Shown here piece after piece: positions 38,401 through 47,600 of a DNA stretch of 64,000 nt. The stretch spans positions 288,001 to 352,000 of the forward strand of contig CAWBAN010000004.1 of assembly GCA_963786935.1 (NCBI GenBank), in the 5' to 3' direction. The notes beneath the pieces were generated by a model, which worked only from the letters and a program-made list of their open reading frames with translations, was not told where the DNA came from and did no database searches. This DNA comes from an uncultured bacterium. GTDB taxonomy: Bacteria; Krumholzibacteriota; Krumholzibacteriia; Krumholzibacteriales; Krumholzibacteriaceae. A program made the position numbers and the translations under genes. How positions within the stretch are numbered: position 1 is the first letter of the stretch; each line of letters opens with the position of its first letter.

Positions 38401-38639
38401 TGCATCCGAATCGCTCCGCACAGGGCTCGTTTTTCGGCCGCCGTAAGATTGGAAACGGATGTGGTGCCGGCCGTCCAATGCAGCCCCTTCTCCCGAATTT
38501 CCCGGTTGATCTTTTCTATTCTCGAGCGCTCCGCGTCATCGGGCGTGCCGGCGAAGGCGCGCGCGGGAAGGAGTGCGAGAACGAGAACGATCGTTGATAG
38601 GCAGGCTGCGACGCAGCGCGAGGACTTCTTGTTCGCCAT
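35478..38639 (-). CDS. C1A papain-like peptidase with parallel beta-helix and FlgD-Ig/T9SS-like C-terminal domain
   Basis: DQRGCGSCWAF, YHAMLIVGW, WIVKNSWG; GGGI/N repeats; QNFPNPFNGTT..ASGVYF..KIIYLK. Confidence 0.9.
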   Translation of the reverse strand: MANKKSSRCVAACLSTIVLVLALLPARAFAGTPDDAERSRIEKINREIREKGLHWTAGTTSVSNLTAAEKRALCGAIRMQPGAARDLPIIQAPAGATYEPVFDWRAHGGTTPAKDQRGCGSCWAFASVGQLESHIRIFDDRIEDLSEAQTLFCNPYGSGCGGGTSYAAYAVMQTYGQVRESCIPYEDLDNDACTQEECEPVAWIASYAEVANDVNSIKQALLTGPVYTTYDVTDRFYDYQAGCFSEQQPVVGYHAMLIVGWDDTKCGGDGAWIVKNSWGVGWGMDGFAYIQYGTNNIGWGTMQISYIPSTVYVRVDDPNGGEELEAGEEYPLVWTTSRVTPDSVSILLSLDGGDSYEYTIARGLIGVSSYTWEVADLPVTTARIRVLAWHGGEIGGYDESDGDFTISGKPYRYVSTTGGNIYPYSTPSWAALSIQDAVDAAAPGDSIMVSEGTYAEAVEIHNAVHLMGGWNTTFTARDPEALTTTISHFGSPVSFVTIASGMPGIEGFVILGGTGTFAIIPMNGIYGGGILTYDSDALIKDNVFTDCGYTDATQFSAGGAIACYNGSVTITGNTISGCRAQTGGGIYLYLADADITGNSISGSMPNPEFSGTKNGGGIFALHSAVTMSGNVIDSCSGYGNGGGVCAVLSTLSADGDSILSNTCLMNGGGIFSERSPLSIEHAVVLHNYAASMGGGICHKAAVFGMENSILALNDAGAVAGGIYADSCWGEWTNNTFDRNSGLYAGGNVFLSRAVSCVVTNNLITHGTPSGFHSVPADNIAFRFNDCFGNLAGDVVELVPDSTNFSRSPHYADTAACDYQLALHSGGIDTGDPSIVDTDGSGSDVGAFGGPGAATAAPEYVRGLSAAALGDSSIALIWEDRFAGEFDYYAVYSDTAEGFVPDISNFVGIVEASSQTFVHSPVSGCRYYRVNIVDNAGYAGGYSNEDGACIEGTTTGTQETPPPVNALGQNFPNPFNGTTTVTYSLAAAAHVTVKIYDTAGRLVRTLENADKAAGSHKIIWNGEDDSSRGAASGVYFIRLVAGDFDQTRKIIYLK

Positions 38640-38756
38640 GAAAAGGATCTTCCTTGCAAAAGAGTTGCAACGAGTATAGCACAACGGCGCTCCTCCGGCA
38701 ATTGCCGCAAACCGATTTCAGGGTTATAATTGATGTATCGGAGGAGGTGATCAGCA

Positions 38757-39623
38757 ATGAGAAGACAGGTGGCGGCATATGCCGTCGTTGCACTCCTTTC
38801 CGCGGCCGTGTGCGCTTCGTCCGCCCTCGGGCAGTACATCTATTTGGGGGATAACGTCAACGACTGTATGATGGCCCCCCTGTTCTATCAGCCGAACACC
38901 AAGCATATCTATGTCGCTTGCCCGTCGATCACCGACGCCGTGGCCGTTTCATTCAGGCTCGGTTCGGAGCTGATCGGTCCCGAGGATATCGTATCCGCTG
39001 CGCCGGCCGCCGGGGTCGCGGTCGAGTCCGGAGATCTCTTCGGCGGCATCACGCTTTCCCTCTCGGGAGCCGCTCTCAACAATCTTGAAGTCATGTCGCT
39101 CGAGCTCGTCGACAATCCTCCGTATCAATATCCCGGCAGCTGGGACTACGAGCGCATCCACTCTCCGAAGGTCATCCGGGCGAGCGGCGACACCATCTCT
39201 CTCGAGGAATCATGGGCGTTCTTCTGCTGCGTCGATTGCTTCGATCTGTACGTTGTCTGGGGCTTTCCCGATACGGTCGATGTGAATATCGGCGCCGACT
39301 CGCTGGTTCGCGCGAGAACGGTGGTGACCGCGGCGGGGTATTGGGGATGCAACATCGAGGTGACGGACGACCGCGGTTGGGTCACCGGCTACGACCCGTC
39401 GTATATCTGGGGGGACGATTGCGGCTTCTGCGCCTGGGACAGCGGATTCAACACGATCGCCGTATCCGTTCCGGCCGGCGCCGAGGAATACGGGCTGAGC
39501 AAGGTGACGATCAGACTTTTGAACGGTCCGGCTCAGTCGGGAAGTTTCTATATCAGAGCCATCCCGCCCGTCGGCGTCGGCGAAAGCTCATGGGGAGCGA
39601 TCAAGAAGCTCTTCAATCCCTGA
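38757..39623 (+). CDS. Secreted protein with C-terminal SWGAIK sorting-like motif
   Basis: SD GGAGGAGG; signal peptide; ends VGVGESSWGAIKKLFNP. Confidence 0.8.
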   Translation: MRRQVAAYAVVALLSAAVCASSALGQYIYLGDNVNDCMMAPLFYQPNTKHIYVACPSITDAVAVSFRLGSELIGPEDIVSAAPAAGVAVESGDLFGGITLSLSGAALNNLEVMSLELVDNPPYQYPGSWDYERIHSPKVIRASGDTISLEESWAFFCCVDCFDLYVVWGFPDTVDVNIGADSLVRARTVVTAAGYWGCNIEVTDDRGWVTGYDPSYIWGDDCGFCAWDSGFNTIAVSVPAGAEEYGLSKVTIRLLNGPAQSGSFYIRAIPPVGVGESSWGAIKKLFNP

Positions 39624-39751
39624 CATCGAGGTTCTGATACTCATCGCCGACCGGGATGACAACTTGCCCGTCGATCGCGAGCTGCTCGATGAGCGGTTCC
39701 GGAATGCGCGGAGCGGCGGCCATGACGCCGCGTTCCCATATCCGGTTTCCA

Positions 39752-40849
39752 TCAATCCCGGATACAACGAACGGACATCCCGATGTTCTTGCCGTCGCTG
39801 AAGTTGTAGAGCCCCGCGCTGTTGTAGTGCAGGCTGATGTACCATGCGAAGCCGGTGTTGGTGTTGTCTTCCGTGGATGACCAGATGAGGGCGTTATTGC
39901 CAATGTTCCTGAAGATCCCAGAGATCACTCGGTACCCCCCCGGCAGCGCCGTGAAGCCGCTTCCATTGGTCGCGCCCGTATTCGGAGCTGTCCAATGAGC
40001 CGTCCCGGCTTCCTTGAGCTCGCCTGCCGCGGCGTCCTCGCCTCCGAGAAAAGCGATCAATGTCTGCCACTCGGCATTGCTGGGCACATGCCATCCTAAC
40101 GGGGCGATTTCACGACTGTCCGCCACGGCATACCAGTTATAGAGGCATCCATAGACGTCGGCGTTGTTCTCGTCGTTGTTGTAATAGCAAAAGGCCCCGG
40201 ATGTAAGGATCGACCATGCGTAGCCGTCGGTGACATTGGGAATCGGCTCGCCGGCGGGTGAGCGCGTTTCCCGCGGGTTCCCTGCCATCCGCGGTCGGGC
40301 GTCGGGAGCTATTGTCGGACATTTGCCGCCGTCGCGATAATGAGTCACTCTCAGATCGGCGGCCATCCACCATTGATTGCCGATTTTGACGGTCGGATAT
40401 ACGTTGCCGTCGATGTCCGTCACGGTGCCCGTCGAATCGCCGGCGGAAGATTCCGTTTGAAACGGCCTGATATCGCCGTAGCCGGTGCCGACGGTGTTCG
40501 TGGCATAAGCCCGCACGTAGTAAGGAGTGTCCGGGGTCAGGCCGGTCAGAGCGCTGGTGAAGCTCCCGCTGCCGGAACCGTCGGTCGTGGTGCTGTCAGA
40601 TGCGGTCGGGATCGGATCGGCGCTCCAGCAGACGCCCCGGGCGCTCACCGCGGCTCCGCCATCCGAGGTGACGTTCCCGCCGCACCGGGCGGCGGTCGCC
40701 GTGATTTCGCTCACGGCCGCGGTTGTCATGACCGGCACCGTCTTGCGGTCAGGCTCGGTGGAGCTGTCGTCTCCGCCGCAACCGAGAGCCGATCCGAGCA
40801 GTGATGCCGTCAAAGACGCCAGGACGATTCCGCGCGAAATCCTGAACAT
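39752..40849 (-). CDS. FISUMP (Fibrobacter succinogenes major paralogous domain) lipoprotein with FN3-like domain
   Basis: Lipobox ALGC; YYVRAYATN; DIDGNVYPTVKIGNQWWMA; YGCLYNW; GFTALPGG; GMSVRCIRD. Confidence 0.9.
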   Translation of the reverse strand: MFRISRGIVLASLTASLLGSALGCGGDDSSTEPDRKTVPVMTTAAVSEITATAARCGGNVTSDGGAAVSARGVCWSADPIPTASDSTTTDGSGSGSFTSALTGLTPDTPYYVRAYATNTVGTGYGDIRPFQTESSAGDSTGTVTDIDGNVYPTVKIGNQWWMAADLRVTHYRDGGKCPTIAPDARPRMAGNPRETRSPAGEPIPNVTDGYAWSILTSGAFCYYNNDENNADVYGCLYNWYAVADSREIAPLGWHVPSNAEWQTLIAFLGGEDAAAGELKEAGTAHWTAPNTGATNGSGFTALPGGYRVISGIFRNIGNNALIWSSTEDNTNTGFAWYISLHYNSAGLYNFSDGKNIGMSVRCIRD

Positions 40850-40951
40850 CGTGCACCTCGCAGTATTTGGGAGTGGTTGCGAGGAGCTTACGGCAAATCC
40901 CTTCCCGTGTCAAGGTCTCGCGGCGATCCGGCCGCGCCGGGCTGCGCCGGA

Positions 40952-42199
40952 TCAGGATTTCTTCTCCCATATCCCCGCGATCTCGACGATCACCCGAACC
41001 GCCATTTCCATGTCCTGCACCGCGATCCATTCAAGCTGCGAGTGGAAGCTGTGTTCGCCCGCGAAGATGTTCGGAGTCGGCAGTCCCATGAACGACAATC
41101 TCGATCCGTCCGTTCCGCCTCGAATGGCCTGCATGATCGGTTTGATCCGGAGATTCTTCATCGCCTGAACCGCGTAAGCCGTCGCCCGCGGATGCTTGAC
41201 GAGGACCTCGCGCATGTTCCGGTACTGGTTGATGATCTTGAGCTCATACTTCGAGCCGGGGAATTTGGCCACGGCCTTCTTCGCGAGCTTCTCGATCAAT
41301 CGTTCGTACTCTTTCAGCTTCGGCGTTTCGAAATCCCTGATGATTATTTTGAGCGTGGTCGCTTCCTCGAGGCCGTTTACCGTCGTGCAGTGAACGTATC
41401 CTTGCCGCTTCTCCGTCGTCTCGGGCGACAGATTCTTCTTCGGCAGGCTTTCCATGAACGCCGCGGCTATCTTGATCGAATTGATCATCTTGTTCTTCGC
41501 GTAGCCGGGATGAATGTTCTTGCCGATGAACTTGAGCACCACCATATCGGCGCTGAAGGTCTCCGACTCGACTTCTCCTCTGCTGGAGCCGTCGACCGTA
41601 TAGGCATATTTCGCCCCCAGCCGTTTCAGATCGATCTTCTCCGTTCCTCTTCCGACTTCCTCGTCGGGAGTGAAGCAGATCTTTATCGGACCGTGTTTGA
41701 TCTCAGGATGGGTAATCAGATACTGAGCGGCATCCATGATTCCGGCGATGCCGGCCTTGTTGTCCGCGCCGAGCAGCGTCGCTCCGTCCGATGTGATGAT
41801 GTCGAATCCCTTCATCTTCTTGAGATCGGGATTCTCGCTCACCCGTATCACCTTTCCGCCCTTGGGCAGCCTGATATCGCCGCCTTTGTATCTTCTGTGA
41901 ACGATCGGTTTGACGCCCTTTCCCGATACGGCGGGGGAGGTATCGACATGCGCGATGAAGGCGATCGGCGGCACTTTCTTCGCGGTATTCGCGGGAAGCG
42001 TCGCCATGACGTAGCCCCACTTATCCATGGCGGCGTCTTTCAGCCCCATCTTCTTCAGCTCTTTCGCGAGATCGGCGGAGAGCTTCTTCTGCTTTTCCGT
42101 GCTCGGAAACGAAGTCGATTCCTCGTCCGATTGGGTATCGTACTTGACGTATCGCAAAAAACGATCGACGCACGTGAATTTGTATTTTGGATCGAACAT
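40952..42199 (-). CDS. pepT: Peptidase T (M20B tripeptide aminopeptidase)
   Basis: RFLRYVKYDTQSD, IAHVDT, LGADNKAG, FTPDEEVG, IRGGTDG, MGLPTPNIFAG.H.FHS. Confidence 0.93.
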   Translation of the reverse strand: MFDPKYKFTCVDRFLRYVKYDTQSDEESTSFPSTEKQKKLSADLAKELKKMGLKDAAMDKWGYVMATLPANTAKKVPPIAFIAHVDTSPAVSGKGVKPIVHRRYKGGDIRLPKGGKVIRVSENPDLKKMKGFDIITSDGATLLGADNKAGIAGIMDAAQYLITHPEIKHGPIKICFTPDEEVGRGTEKIDLKRLGAKYAYTVDGSSRGEVESETFSADMVVLKFIGKNIHPGYAKNKMINSIKIAAAFMESLPKKNLSPETTEKRQGYVHCTTVNGLEEATTLKIIIRDFETPKLKEYERLIEKLAKKAVAKFPGSKYELKIINQYRNMREVLVKHPRATAYAVQAMKNLRIKPIMQAIRGGTDGSRLSFMGLPTPNIFAGEHSFHSQLEWIAVQDMEMAVRVIVEIAGIWEKKS

Positions 42200-42406
42200 A
42201 ATCCCTCCTGACTTTCCCTTCCGGTTTGCGAAGGCCCCGATTGTTGCGGCAATCATAGACGCGAGCGCCGCGCCTGTCTACAACTACGGCGGCTTCCAGG
42301 TCAATTTCTGATCTCCCGCAGCGAGCGAGGCGCCTTCCCGTCGGCTCGCGAGGCGAAGCGCGCTCGATGCCGAACGGCCGCGTCCGAGCCCTGCCCCGCA
42401 GAGCTC

Positions 42407-43606
42407 CTATTTGAAATATACTGGAATTTCCAGGGCGGCGTCGTTTTCAGGCAGGTCGGAAGGGTTGTCGCGCCGGAAAATCACCGCGCCGCGCTTCAGG
42501 TGCGCTTCCGCGCCGGTGGGCTTTTGAAATGTAATCTCGCCTTCGAAGGGCACGAATTTCTCCGTCATCCAGTCGTCTTTGGCGGTGACGATTCCTTTCC
42601 CTATTATCTTGCCGTCCCAGTCGACGACCACGATCGGGAAACTGCCTTCAAAGAACCAATTGCCTTTGGCAAACCCGGTCACCGTGAGAGGCGAAGAAAT
42701 ATTCTTCCACTGATAGAAATCATCGAGAAGAATCCAATCGGACAAACAGCTGCTCAGGCGAGGGGCTTTGATGAACTTGGTCGCCATAAAAGACCATTCG
42801 TGGTCCGATTCGAAGCCGACATCTTTATCGGCCGGAACCACGCGGCCCCCGAGAATCATGAACATGGACCTGTAGGGCTCTATCCCCTCTCCGCGATTCG
42901 GCGAATAGGCCTTCTTGATTTCATCGAAAGCAGGAGAATTCATCTTGAGCCAGTACGTTTCATTCTGGCACGTTGAAAAAACGCTCACTTCGTGGCCGAA
43001 GACGAAATATCCCTCCAGGATCTGCTCTCCTTTCTCAAGGGCGCCGATTTCTTCCAGGACATTGTTCCGCACGAGAGCGTATTTCGATTTCTGTTCGCCG
43101 GCTCTAGCCGTCATCGGTTCGCCGGATTTTCTATCGGCATAATTGGCGATCGCGATGCCGTTTCTGATCACTATGTTCTGGGGAGCTATTCTGTCGCCGA
43201 GAAAGATGGTGTTCGTTCCTTCGTAGGCGACGCCCCCGGCGCTATCGGTTTCGCCGGCTTTCTTGCCGACGGCGGCCGCCATATAGTAGAAAGTGCCGGA
43301 GCCTCCGCCGTCATCGGCCAGGAGGACGAGGGCGTCCGCGACGTCGTCCTCATCGAGGAAGCCGTAGGCCGGTTTGCCAAAAATTCTCGTTTGGGCTTTT
43401 ACTGCCGAGCCCGGGGCGGTTTCTCTGAGAGCTATACCGTTAACGAGCTCGATTTCCCGGCCATCGACTATATAGCGCGCGTTGATCGGATCGGTGGCGG
43501 GATCTTTCGGAGTCGGCAGCGGTTTTTCCCCCGTTTTCTTGCCGCAAGCCGGAGTCAACATACCGGCCAAAACACAAAAAACCAATATGCAAGAATATTT
43601 CTTCAT
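42407..43606 (-). CDS. Lipoprotein with C-terminal Gmad2 Ig-like domain
   Basis: N-terminal Cys after a hydrophobic stretch; GGGSGTFYY; ISSPLTVTGFAKGNWFFEGSFPI..WMTEKFVPF..DNPSDLPE. Confidence 0.8.
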   Translation of the reverse strand: MKKYSCILVFCVLAGMLTPACGKKTGEKPLPTPKDPATDPINARYIVDGREIELVNGIALRETAPGSAVKAQTRIFGKPAYGFLDEDDVADALVLLADDGGGSGTFYYMAAAVGKKAGETDSAGGVAYEGTNTIFLGDRIAPQNIVIRNGIAIANYADRKSGEPMTARAGEQKSKYALVRNNVLEEIGALEKGEQILEGYFVFGHEVSVFSTCQNETYWLKMNSPAFDEIKKAYSPNRGEGIEPYRSMFMILGGRVVPADKDVGFESDHEWSFMATKFIKAPRLSSCLSDWILLDDFYQWKNISSPLTVTGFAKGNWFFEGSFPIVVVDWDGKIIGKGIVTAKDDWMTEKFVPFEGEITFQKPTGAEAHLKRGAVIFRRDNPSDLPENDAALEIPVYFK

Positions 43607-43637
43607 TGATTCATTCTGGCCTCTTTGGAGACTGGTG

Positions 43638-46139
43638 TTAGCGCAGAAGCACCATTTTCCTGGCCAGATCGAGCTCCCCTGCCCGCAGACGATAGAAATA
43701 CACGCCGCTCGCCGACCGCGCGCCGAGCCCGTCGAGGCCGTCCCACATCGCCTGGTGCCGCCCCGCGCCCTTGTTCGCATCCACCAGCACCCTCACCAGC
43801 TGTCCCGCCGCGTTGTACACATCGAGCCGCACGTGCGAAGGCCGGGCAATCTCGTACGAAATCGTCGTCGACGGGTTGAACGGGTTCGGGTAGTTCGCGG
43901 AGAGATCGAACCGGATCGGCGTTTCGGCGACGCCGGTCGCCGGGTCCTCGTCCGTCAGGATCCAATCGCTGAAATTCGTCTGGGCCGCCACCGTGATCCA
44001 GTTCTGCGTGAGGTCCCTCGACGAATAGCTCTTGGGGCCGTCCCACGACGTCCCGGTCCAGCGCCACATGCAGAGGCTGCTCTCGTCCCGGCCGTTGAGC
44101 TCGCTCTCGAGATAGCTCAGCGTGAGGTCGAACTGCGCCCCGTCTCCCTCGTGGTCGATGTCGTACCACCGCGCGACGCTCGCCGGCTCCGCGGGATACG
44201 TCTCGCCCGGATGTACGACCATGTCGATTTCGGAGAGCGTGCCGAGCGTCGTGACGTTCACCTTGGCTTTCACGCGGCCGCCGAAAAGAAGAAGCCCCGT
44301 GCTCGAGACCGGTCGCCAGTGCCGCGTCCCCGTGTACTCGATCGCGCCGATGTCCACGACCCACGCGCCGTTCTCGGGGACGGCATACGCCGGGTCCCCC
44401 TCTTCGATGCAGGAGGAGTTGTACGAGAGAGAAAAATCCCCGCCGGCGGGATCGGCAATCATCGGATCGCCCAGCTCCTGATTGGTGGATGTCACGTTCG
44501 CGCTGTAGTTGCCGCCCGCGTTGTCGTGGAAGCAGCTGTACGATATCGTCATGGCGTTCGTGGAGTAGAACCCGATGCCGTCGCTGTTCGCCACGTCATG
44601 GCCGGCGACGATATTGTTCACGAAGGAGCCGAGAGGGAAAGCGCCCCCGCTGTCGTAGTAGAAGCCGCTTCCCGATCCCGAGACGCCGGCGTATATCGCG
44701 GTCGCGTTGCGAAAGAACGTGTTATTGGCAAATATGGCCAGCCTGCCGTAATAGAGCCATGCGCCCCCGCCCCAGCCGACGTCGGTGACCGTCGCGGAAG
44801 CGGAGGCCGTGTTGAAGGCGAAGATGTTCCGTCGGATGAGATCGAACGAGGAGCAGTAGAAACCTCCGCCGTAGCCGGAACCATGCAGCGAAGCGGTGTT
44901 GTTGATGATCACGTTGCGATCGAGGGGGGTGGTGCCGGATGTGACGCAGATTCCGCCGCCGTATCCCTTTCGGTAGTCCGCCGACGCCAGCGTCGACGCC
45001 GACGCGACGTTCCCTTCGATCGTGTTCCCGGTAATCTGCAAATAGGATCCGTTTGCGTAGATGCCGCCGCCGTTACCGTTTCCCTGGGTTGCGGCGGTGT
45101 TATGCGAGATCGCAGGATTGTCTCGTACAATGATGGAATTGCCGTAACCGGCGCCCGAGTGAGATATCCCCCCGCCGGCCCCCTCCTGACCGTTACCCTC
45201 GGCGCCGTGGTTGAATGTGATTATGTTGTCCCAGATCTCGACGGTGCCGCCGTACGTGTTGATGCCGCCGCCTCGTCCCCCTGCCCAGTCGGAGTTGGTC
45301 CCCACGTTATAGGAGATCGTGTTCGACCAGATCTGGAGAATCGCGCCGCTCTCGGAGATGCCGCCGCCATATCCGATCCGCGCGGTCGAGCCCGTGTTGG
45401 AGAGAATTTGGTTCTCGTAGACCTGGCACAACGCCGTGCTTTCGAAGTACAGACCGCCGCCCTCGCCCCAGGTCGCCGCCGTTGAGGCGATGTTGTTATC
45501 GATCGTGCAGTACCGGATCACCGCGCCCGTTCCCGCGTTCCTGCAGGCGACCCCCCCGCCGAATCCGTTGTTGTTGGTCGCCCCGCGGTTGTTCGTGATC
45601 CAGCAGCGCTCGATCACCGGATCGGCTCCGCCGCCGACATAGATTCCGCCGCCGTACCACGGAGCGGTTGACTCGCTCTTCGCGTCCCCGCCCGTGATTT
45701 TGAATCCGCGGACGCGGGTCTCGCTCGTCACGGCGGCGCCCGTGATGAGGAAGACCCTGCTCGCCCCCGAAGGAGTCACGACGCACAGGCTCGAATCGGG
45801 AACGGCCGTGTCCCAAGAATCGTGCGTGCCGTCGTCCGACGTCAGCAGCCGTGTGGAGTCGATCAGAATGGCGCTGCTGGTCAAGTACGCGCCGTGCTTC
45901 ACCAGTATCGTGTCCCCGGCGGCGGAAGAGTTGATCGCCGCCTGTATCGTCTGCTTGGCCGCGCCCCAGGAAAGCCCGTCGCCGGAATTGTCCGGGCGCG
46001 CCGCATCGACGTAATAGATCGATGCGAGGGCCGGGCTCGCCGCGGCGAGGGAAACCAGCGAAAATACCGCCACGATGAATCGAATACGCTTGAAGCGCCT
46101 TGAGATTTGGCTGGTCGCTGCATCCATTTCCTGCGTCAT
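43638..46139 (-). CDS. Secreted parallel beta-helix protein with FlgD-Ig/T9SS-like C-terminal domain
   Basis: YYVDA..DGLSW..AKQTIQAAI; many GGGI/N-T-I repeats; DIGAIEY; NYPNPFNPSTTI..ASGVYF..KMVLLR. Confidence 0.87.
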   Translation of the reverse strand: MTQEMDAATSQISRRFKRIRFIVAVFSLVSLAAASPALASIYYVDAARPDNSGDGLSWGAAKQTIQAAINSSAAGDTILVKHGAYLTSSAILIDSTRLLTSDDGTHDSWDTAVPDSSLCVVTPSGASRVFLITGAAVTSETRVRGFKITGGDAKSESTAPWYGGGIYVGGGADPVIERCWITNNRGATNNNGFGGGVACRNAGTGAVIRYCTIDNNIASTAATWGEGGGLYFESTALCQVYENQILSNTGSTARIGYGGGISESGAILQIWSNTISYNVGTNSDWAGGRGGGINTYGGTVEIWDNIITFNHGAEGNGQEGAGGGISHSGAGYGNSIIVRDNPAISHNTAATQGNGNGGGIYANGSYLQITGNTIEGNVASASTLASADYRKGYGGGICVTSGTTPLDRNVIINNTASLHGSGYGGGFYCSSFDLIRRNIFAFNTASASATVTDVGWGGGAWLYYGRLAIFANNTFFRNATAIYAGVSGSGSGFYYDSGGAFPLGSFVNNIVAGHDVANSDGIGFYSTNAMTISYSCFHDNAGGNYSANVTSTNQELGDPMIADPAGGDFSLSYNSSCIEEGDPAYAVPENGAWVVDIGAIEYTGTRHWRPVSSTGLLLFGGRVKAKVNVTTLGTLSEIDMVVHPGETYPAEPASVARWYDIDHEGDGAQFDLTLSYLESELNGRDESSLCMWRWTGTSWDGPKSYSSRDLTQNWITVAAQTNFSDWILTDEDPATGVAETPIRFDLSANYPNPFNPSTTISYEIARPSHVRLDVYNAAGQLVRVLVDANKGAGRHQAMWDGLDGLGARSASGVYFYRLRAGELDLARKMVLLR

Positions 46140-46511
46140 GGCTGACCCCCTCGTCTTGACCGTTCAAGTCGACCGCGGTCCGATTGCCCGGACGCCGCGG
46201 CGCGTGCTCACGCACCACAGAATTGTGCCGAAGTGAAGTGATTGTATCATTATTCCCGGGGTAAGATCAAGCATTGAGGGAAATTGACATGGCCTTGGAT
46301 CTCCCATAAGAGAAAAATATCGATAGCCTTCGGGGAATACGGAGCCCCGTGGGATTCTCGATTCGGCCTGAGCCTGCTCACGGCCGCCGCCGCCCTCTGC
46401 CCGCCGGATTTTCTATGATGCGTCCGCGCCCTTTGTGGTACATTTCCGTGAAGCGTGTATTCACGGCGCTGAAGCGCTACGGCCCAAGCGGATTGTCATC
46501 GGGGTTTTCTC

Positions 46512-47597
46512 GTGAAAAAACGTCGCGTGCTTCTCATCGGTCCTCTGCCGCCGCCCATCGGTGGAGATACCATATTGACGTTGACCGTTCTCAAGAGCGG
46601 CTACTGGGACGACGGCGGCATCGAACGGGAATGTATCGACACCTCCCCCGGCGATAAGGTGCGGGTAGTCGACGAGCGTATCTCCCTTCGCGACCTCTCG
46701 AGAGCAGCGGGGATCCTGTTTCAGGTGATCGGCAAGCTGCCTCGGGCCCGCGCGGTTCTTCTCTGGGCGAACTGCCGGTTCATCTGCACGCTCGGGCTCC
46801 CCATCATCATGCTTTCCGCAATGGCGCGGCGGCCGATCGTAATCAAGCCCTTTGGCGCGCTCTTGGCCGAGCGGATCACGGGATTTCATCCGGGAAGGAA
46901 GCGGGTCACCGTCTTCCTCTTGAACAAATCGAAATATCTGCTGCCGGAAACACGACGGTTGGCTGGTGAGCTTGCGAGCGCCGGAATAGATCCGGAGCGC
47001 ATCGTGCCATTTCCGAATTTCCTGCCCGATGCAAGCCTGCGCGCCGCGTATCGGAAAAAGCGATTCGGCGGCAGGAGCGTCTTCGTCGGACAGATTAAGC
47101 GCGAGAAAGGCGTGTTCGAGATCATCGGCGCTTTGGCGGGACACGACGAATTCACGTGCGATTTCCATGGCCCCATTCTTGATCGCGATCGCGATGCTTT
47201 CCTGAAAGAAATATCCCGGAACGGCAACTGCAGGTACGCGGGGGTGATCCCTCCCGACGACGTCATAGAGGTCATCAGCCGGTATGACGCGCTCTTGCTT
47301 CCCTCGTACCATAGCGGGGAAGGGCACCCTGCGGTGATTCTGCAAGCCTTCGCGGCGGGTGTTCCGGTTGTGGCTTCGGACTGGAAATCAATACCGGAAT
47401 TGGTCGAGGACGGTGTGCGCGGAATTCTGGTTCCGGCGCGGTCGGCCGATTCGGTGCGCGGAGCGTTGGAGCGCCTGGCGTCGGACGAGAAGCTCTACGA
47501 CTCGATCGCGGCCAATGCATTCGATTTCGTCAAAGCCTATTCCGAAAAGGCGCTTGTGAAGGATCTCTTGATGGCCAAGGTATCCGAGTTGTTGTAA
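46512..47597 (+). CDS. Glycosyltransferase family 4
   Basis: GPLPPPIGG; FVGQIKREKG; LPSYHSGEGHPAVILQAFAAGVPVVASD. Confidence 0.88.
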   Translation: MKKRRVLLIGPLPPPIGGDTILTLTVLKSGYWDDGGIERECIDTSPGDKVRVVDERISLRDLSRAAGILFQVIGKLPRARAVLLWANCRFICTLGLPIIMLSAMARRPIVIKPFGALLAERITGFHPGRKRVTVFLLNKSKYLLPETRRLAGELASAGIDPERIVPFPNFLPDASLRAAYRKKRFGGRSVFVGQIKREKGVFEIIGALAGHDEFTCDFHGPILDRDRDAFLKEISRNGNCRYAGVIPPDDVIEVISRYDALLLPSYHSGEGHPAVILQAFAAGVPVVASDWKSIPELVEDGVRGILVPARSADSVRGALERLASDEKLYDSIAANAFDFVKAYSEKALVKDLLMAKVSELL

Positions 47598-47600
47598 GAT

